Positions 32,701 through 34,180 of a DNA stretch of 34,180 nucleotides are shown piece by piece. Source of the DNA: an uncultured Gammaproteobacteria bacterium (GTDB lineage Bacteria > Patescibacteriota > Patescibacteriia > Magasanikbacterales > GWA2-37-8); NCBI GenBank assembly GCA_964439095.1, contig CAYTMT010000002.1:1-34180 (forward strand). Reading direction: 5' to 3'. Made by a program: the position numbers and the translations under genes. The notes below the pieces were generated by a model. The model saw only the letters and a list, made by a program, of their open reading frames with translations, searched no databases and was not told where the DNA came from. Position 1 is the stretch's first letter; every line of letters begins with the position of its first letter.

Positions 32701-34180
32701 ACGTAAGCGCTGCAACTATTACTGGGCTTTCCACTAGCGATTTGTCTGATGCGAATACAATTGCCTATCTAGCGCCCGATCAAACATTTACCGGGCAAAA
32801 CAATTTTACCAATCGAGTAACAATTGCTACGGCCACAGTTTATGCTTTCGAAAGCGATTTATTGGCATCAGAAGATGATCTCTATTCTTTAGGATCTTCC
32901 ACTAATCGTTGGCGCAAAGTATTTGCTAAAACTGGTATATTTGGCACTGCTGGAATGAATGATCCATTAACCATCAGTGAGAGCGGTATCGTGGCCAACG
33001 GTATGATGTCGTTGAGCGTTCAAAATATTGGTGCGGGTGGGGTAACATTGAGTTCAAATGGATCCGCATCTCTTCAGGTGACGGGGAATAATATTTCTTT
33101 GAATGGAGATTTGGCTACGGTGGGTGGAGGGTTAACCGTTGTAAACACTTCAACGCTTGCTACCACTACGATTTCTGGGAACCTGGGAATTGGAACAACC
33201 ACACCGGCATATCGATTGACATTGGATGGCGATGGAGTGATTGTGGCACACGGTGAATTTGGAGTGGGAGCAGACGCACCAGATGGTCCAGGAACGCGGT
33301 TGGTGTGGTTACCGCAGAAAGCGGCCTTTCGGGCTGGAGTAGCGGAAGGTGGACAGTTTGACAATGCAAATATTGGAAATTATTCCACTGCGTTTGGTCT
33401 TAATGTTACTTCGTCTGGGGCGGGAAGTTTTGTGACGGGGGTAGATAATGATGTGACAGGGGACTACTCTTTCGGTACAGGGCGATACAATTCGGTCAGT
33501 GGAATTTATTCAGCTGCGTTTGGTGTGTTTAACACTGTTTCTGGTAGTATTTCAGTGGCATTAGGTTCTGGTAATCATCTAAATAAAGTTTATTCTTATG
33601 TTCTTGGCTCAGCCAATATACTTGACTCTGAGTCGTCTTTTGTGTTGGGGGAAGGCAATATTATAGACGGCCAGCCTTCAGCTACAGTTTTAGGGGTGGG
33701 TAATGTTCTTCATGATGGAGGTGTGGCTATTGGTCATATAAACCAAGTAACATCATCTGGTTTTGCCGCTGGTTATGCTAATAGAGTTGAGGGTAACAAT
33801 TACGCCTTTGGTTATGGAAATGTAATCGGTAACGGAAATGTTTCGTCAACAAATTCAGCCTTTGCTTTTGGAAATAATCTTAATATAACAGGGGGTGGTG
33901 GGTTTGCAATAGGTTCAGGGGTTTCCATTCACGATCTTTTGGTAAACGATATTGCAGATTCACTATTTGTTGGATTTAATTCTAACCTACCAACATTGTT
34001 TGTTGGCCCAAGCAATGGTGTAGGAACATTTGGGAGTGTTGGTATCGGTACGACAAATACTTTGTCAATACTTACGGTAAATGGTGACGTAACTCCGGCA
34101 CTTGATGGGGTTTATAGCTTAGGTACGTCAACCTATAGATGGAAAGATTTATATTTAAGTTCGAGTAGTTTACATATTGG
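26775..34180 (+). CDS. Giant modular surface fibre / adhesin-like protein, 3'-partial (more than 2468 codons, runs off the window)
   Basis: This ORF is not in the ORF track. The in-frame stop TAA at 26715-26717 precedes it, and the first start codon after that stop is the ATG at 26775. I hand-translated the frame whose codon starts are multiples of 3. Codon-by-codon checks over 26998-27060, 27990-28080 and 29340-30360 found no stop. The track lists no frame-matching ORF anywhere in 7.4 kb, as expected for an ORF lacking a stop in the window. N-terminal signal-anchor MEKIDRLLKKNRKRTRAILMLGPLFFFVFLFFGLV, then S/T/G-rich fibre modules. Confidence 0.9.
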   Translation, partial: MEKIDRLLKKNRKRTRAILMLGPLFFFVFLFFGLVARSSFAVAAAVPDVITYQGKLLLNNASVTTTVPIQFVLYDTPSAGTILYTASGTIGAPAATAVTPNKGLFSVELGGSGTNPLDAGVVFKNNSSVYLEVTVNGETLSPRKRLTASPYAFNAKYLDGIAATSTPTSSAYIPVADSSGNFSFNRVTSTGFVVSGTSTLATTTISSSTIGVANVGNLFLTNATGTNLFVSSLSASSSVFSSVTSSNFSVTGNLDITTAVILGLSTADLSDSSSLAYLVGANTFTGPNTFSGNTTLATTTISSSTIFTANINSLNVLSSLSLPVASILEAYLAPNSVSSTTLKSTGVVAGTYGSATQTAQFVVDEDGRILSATNVTIISSSTSPSSSFDGTIAAGDLSGTYPNPTVSKINGNTLGNTAITGGNILVASSTAGWTSVALGGDATIDSSGLLSITNNTVTVAKLVAGDFSSKINTGTYSINVTGTASNVTGVVALANGGTNANASFFTTPGEFIIYDGSRLVGAGFSSSSFALTSHTHSAADITAGIFSGVSYTFANDLAVSGFSTFRTTTISSSSITTANINSLNVFSALTLPAASILEAYLAPNSVSSTALKSTGVASGIYGSATEIAQFVVDEDGRILSASNVSIAASVTTTVTTTLDGTAGGDLSGTYPDPTVSKINGNTLGNTATTSGHILVASSTAGWTSVALGGDATIDYNGLLSITNNTITAAKLAAGDFSSKINAGTYTISVTGTADNVTGVVAIANGGTNANASHFTTPGEFVIYDGSRLVGSGFTSSSFSSGGSHTHPASDITAGTFGGSSYVFANDLAVLGSATFATATVQNALQTDSGLFLSQVGLAVPNLLTNPSFESGITNWGDRLGFLGGSTYSVTSTAYSGSSALQLEARLDLSGFFGGPPLKIGYFYHDTSNVTQSASSTISFYARGAVGGEHARILIERDPGTGQAGCGGSLASVYNFTTGGWDCVDLQTSVAAFAVASPNTQSFSLTTSYQRFNATFNPGAYGTVQISILAGGASAYNDEVVLYDAFKLEAGSTPSSFDGGSSPMFALKNNNAAADYNSQTSLLSVQDSAATNFFQIMGDGRANVGSASVTGSIAVFGRGSEQTVLNGYGQLLSRGAFGSDDTLTSATGSQFIWYPKRGAFRAGYTDTLTWGDNTIGNYSFAAGNEVSAPGVGAIAFGKNVTVTGANSVAFSASSTLSTVANDNIFSLLGYKVGIGTVNPATALVVVGTTTLENLSVTGSTTLDNISPTGINPVLTVTGGLKLGYVGSAALGTLRWSGSRLEWYDGSSWVATSLPAATDNGTTLRYDGAEWVTSTFLRNLYSSSQININNATGSAVLAVRGSDLELPIAEFYNGRSGFEDVPAILSIQQGGGGSGWVGIGTSTLDSVWEPKLLVKSDSGALMKLDGGVDGLSNEISRTLLFTGLGRLSLGTTTAATVNAAKVTIVGEGSTGATNPLQVLRNDGTSNFVIRDDGMVFVKKGSLIVNSDSTALSRPALYVTRKSGDISQVIAQFTDNASSTLANTILSINAGGIQINTTTLDYYSVAGIQGVGGISMVDSGSSPGVATGPRFLWSGSKFRVGTFNSEFGLGADTIALGTDAYADQIEATALGLHALATGRRSLVLGNGTASGDFSTAIGNAEFVSVGHDKANSFNVPEASGYGAIAIGSGSISQNFGAKTLAAGTSSLAIFGIASGTQSVALWGDASGDNSMAFGRYTSITASGAVVLGRGVDSNNPLLNTTNNSLAVGFNSDVPTFFVGGGSGVGTYGQVGIGTTNTAYTLDVRGTFGATGTSTLATTTITAVASSLIPTEDNVFSLGTSLIRWKDLYVSSSSLHIGADGAEGSIHYNTDDHYLSFNAGSGIASQLVIVSSTGFVGIGTTTPNAVLTVGGGAYLDGGLEVTGSATSTGDQYVGGNLSVIGLSHFANLTWDSATGTSVFLSNATAIDAMVGNLTVTSTLDVSAATITGLSTSDLSDANTIAYLAPDQTFTGQNNFTNRVTIATATVYAFESDLLASEDDLYSLGSSTNRWRKVFAKTGIFGTAGMNDPLTISESGIVANGMMSLSVQNIGAGGVTLSSNGSASLQVTGNNISLNGDLATVGGGLTVVNTSTLATTTISGNLGIGTTTPAYRLTLDGDGVIVAHGEFGVGADAPDGPGTRLVWLPQKAAFRAGVAEGGQFDNANIGNYSTAFGLNVTSSGAGSFVTGVDNDVTGDYSFGTGRYNSVSGIYSAAFGVFNTVSGSISVALGSGNHLNKVYSYVLGSANILDSESSFVLGEGNIIDGQPSATVLGVGNVLHDGGVAIGHINQVTSSGFAAGYANRVEGNNYAFGYGNVIGNGNVSSTNSAFAFGNNLNITGGGGFAIGSGVSIHDLLVNDIADSLFVGFNSNLPTLFVGPSNGVGTFGSVGIGTTNTLSILTVNGDVTPALDGVYSLGTSTYRWKDLYLSSSSLHI
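27663..29279 (+). repeat. In-frame tandem duplication inside the giant ORF (copy 1 27663-28469, 807 bp; copy 2 28470-29279, 810 bp)
   Basis: The two 269/270-aa units align end to end (ISSSTIFTANINSLNV...FANDLAVSGFSTF versus ISSSSITTANINSLNV...FANDLAVLGSATF). The anchor gccaatattaac occurs at 27699 and 28506. Each unit contains an S-H-T-H motif (HTH codons at 28374-28382 and 29184-29192). Confidence 0.9.
30213..34180 (+). repeat. Three diverged super-modules inside the giant ORF (starts 30213, 31527, 33291)
   Basis: Each opens with G-x-x-F/L-x-W-x-x-x-x-x-F-R-x-G: GSQFIWYPKRGAFRAG, GPRFLWSGSKFRVG, GTRLVWLPQKAAFRAG. Short G/N/S/A-rich repeats of YadA-head type follow (IGNYSFAAGNEVSA..., GDFSTAIGNAE..., GDYSFGTGRYNSVSG...). 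The last two end with the near-identical junction YSLGTS..RWKDLY.SSSSLHIG at 32259-32336 and 34103-34180, exactly 1845 bp apart. Confidence 0.8.

Noticed and set aside
27161-33369. Long antisense or off-frame ORFs across the fibre gene: 27161-27703, 30302-30733, 30929-31294, 31970-32359 and 33074-33364 on the minus strand, plus several plus-strand ORFs in frame +1.
   Set aside because: They are shadow ORFs. The sense frame is uninterrupted for 7.4 kb and encodes coherent repeat modules. Its GGT/ACT/AGT/GCN-rich codon usage removes stop codons from the other frames. The shadow translations are low-complexity with no signals.
27663-34180. Repeats as a CRISPR array or as IS or transposon copies.
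   Set aside because: Repeat units are hundreds of bp, diverged, in-frame and coding. There are no short identical direct repeats with unique spacers, no terminal inverted repeats, and no transposase.
17497-34180. Prophage interpretation (holin-family gene plus tail-fibre-like giant gene).
   Set aside because: No terminase, portal, capsid, tape-measure, baseplate, integrase or repressor genes are present. Phage_holin_4_2/DUF360 proteins are common chromosomal membrane proteins. The fibre gene has a Sec-type signal-anchor and sits in an operon of envelope proteins.
1-34180. Alternative genetic code (UGA recoded, as in some CPR lineages).
   Set aside because: All conserved proteins (DnaA, PolA, Tig, Nfo, HppA and others) are full length under the standard code. 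TGA also functions as a stop, for example the rnpA stop at 2285-2287 overlapping the yidD start.

Overview
This is an origin-proximal chromosomal segment of a low-GC, largely Shine-Dalgarno-poor bacterium using the standard genetic code. Gene content and style suggest a small-genome Patescibacteria/CPR-type organism, but that is inference. Positions 1-16.2 kb hold housekeeping genes: dnaA flanked by DnaA-box clusters, rpmH, a minus-strand tig-nfo-DUF167-rnpA-yidD operon, a membrane pyrophosphatase, a LysM/M23 peptidase, tRNA-Cys, polA, NDH-2 plus DoxX, holA, rpsT and rmuC. Positions 16.3-19.2 kb form a compositional mosaic. It contains tRNA-Arg and tRNA-Ala, each with its own promoter, three separately terminated membrane-protein genes (two of them GC-rich with strong SD sites), and an AT-rich degenerate LAGLIDADG-like gene next to a perfect 24-bp palindrome. 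Positions 19.3-34.2 kb are the most interesting part: a co-directional, tightly packed block of envelope and surface genes. These are a Wzy_C/TPR membrane protein, a small secreted WxL/SCPU-like subunit, a DUF916-like two-domain TM-anchored protein, a Cys-repeat/dockerin-like protein and a cohesin-like/Ig/CarboxypepD_reg multi-pass protein. The block ends in a giant ORF (26775 to beyond 34180, more than 2468 codons) that is missing from the supplied ORF track because it has no stop inside the window. That ORF encodes a Ser/Thr/Gly-rich, highly modular fibre resembling tail fibres or adhesins. It carries a 2 x ~810-bp tandem duplication, an embedded carbohydrate-binding-like module and YadA-head-like beta-roll modules. 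I propose this block as a candidate undescribed surface-fibre assembly or attachment system. No CRISPR array, rRNA gene, transposase or integrase was recognised.
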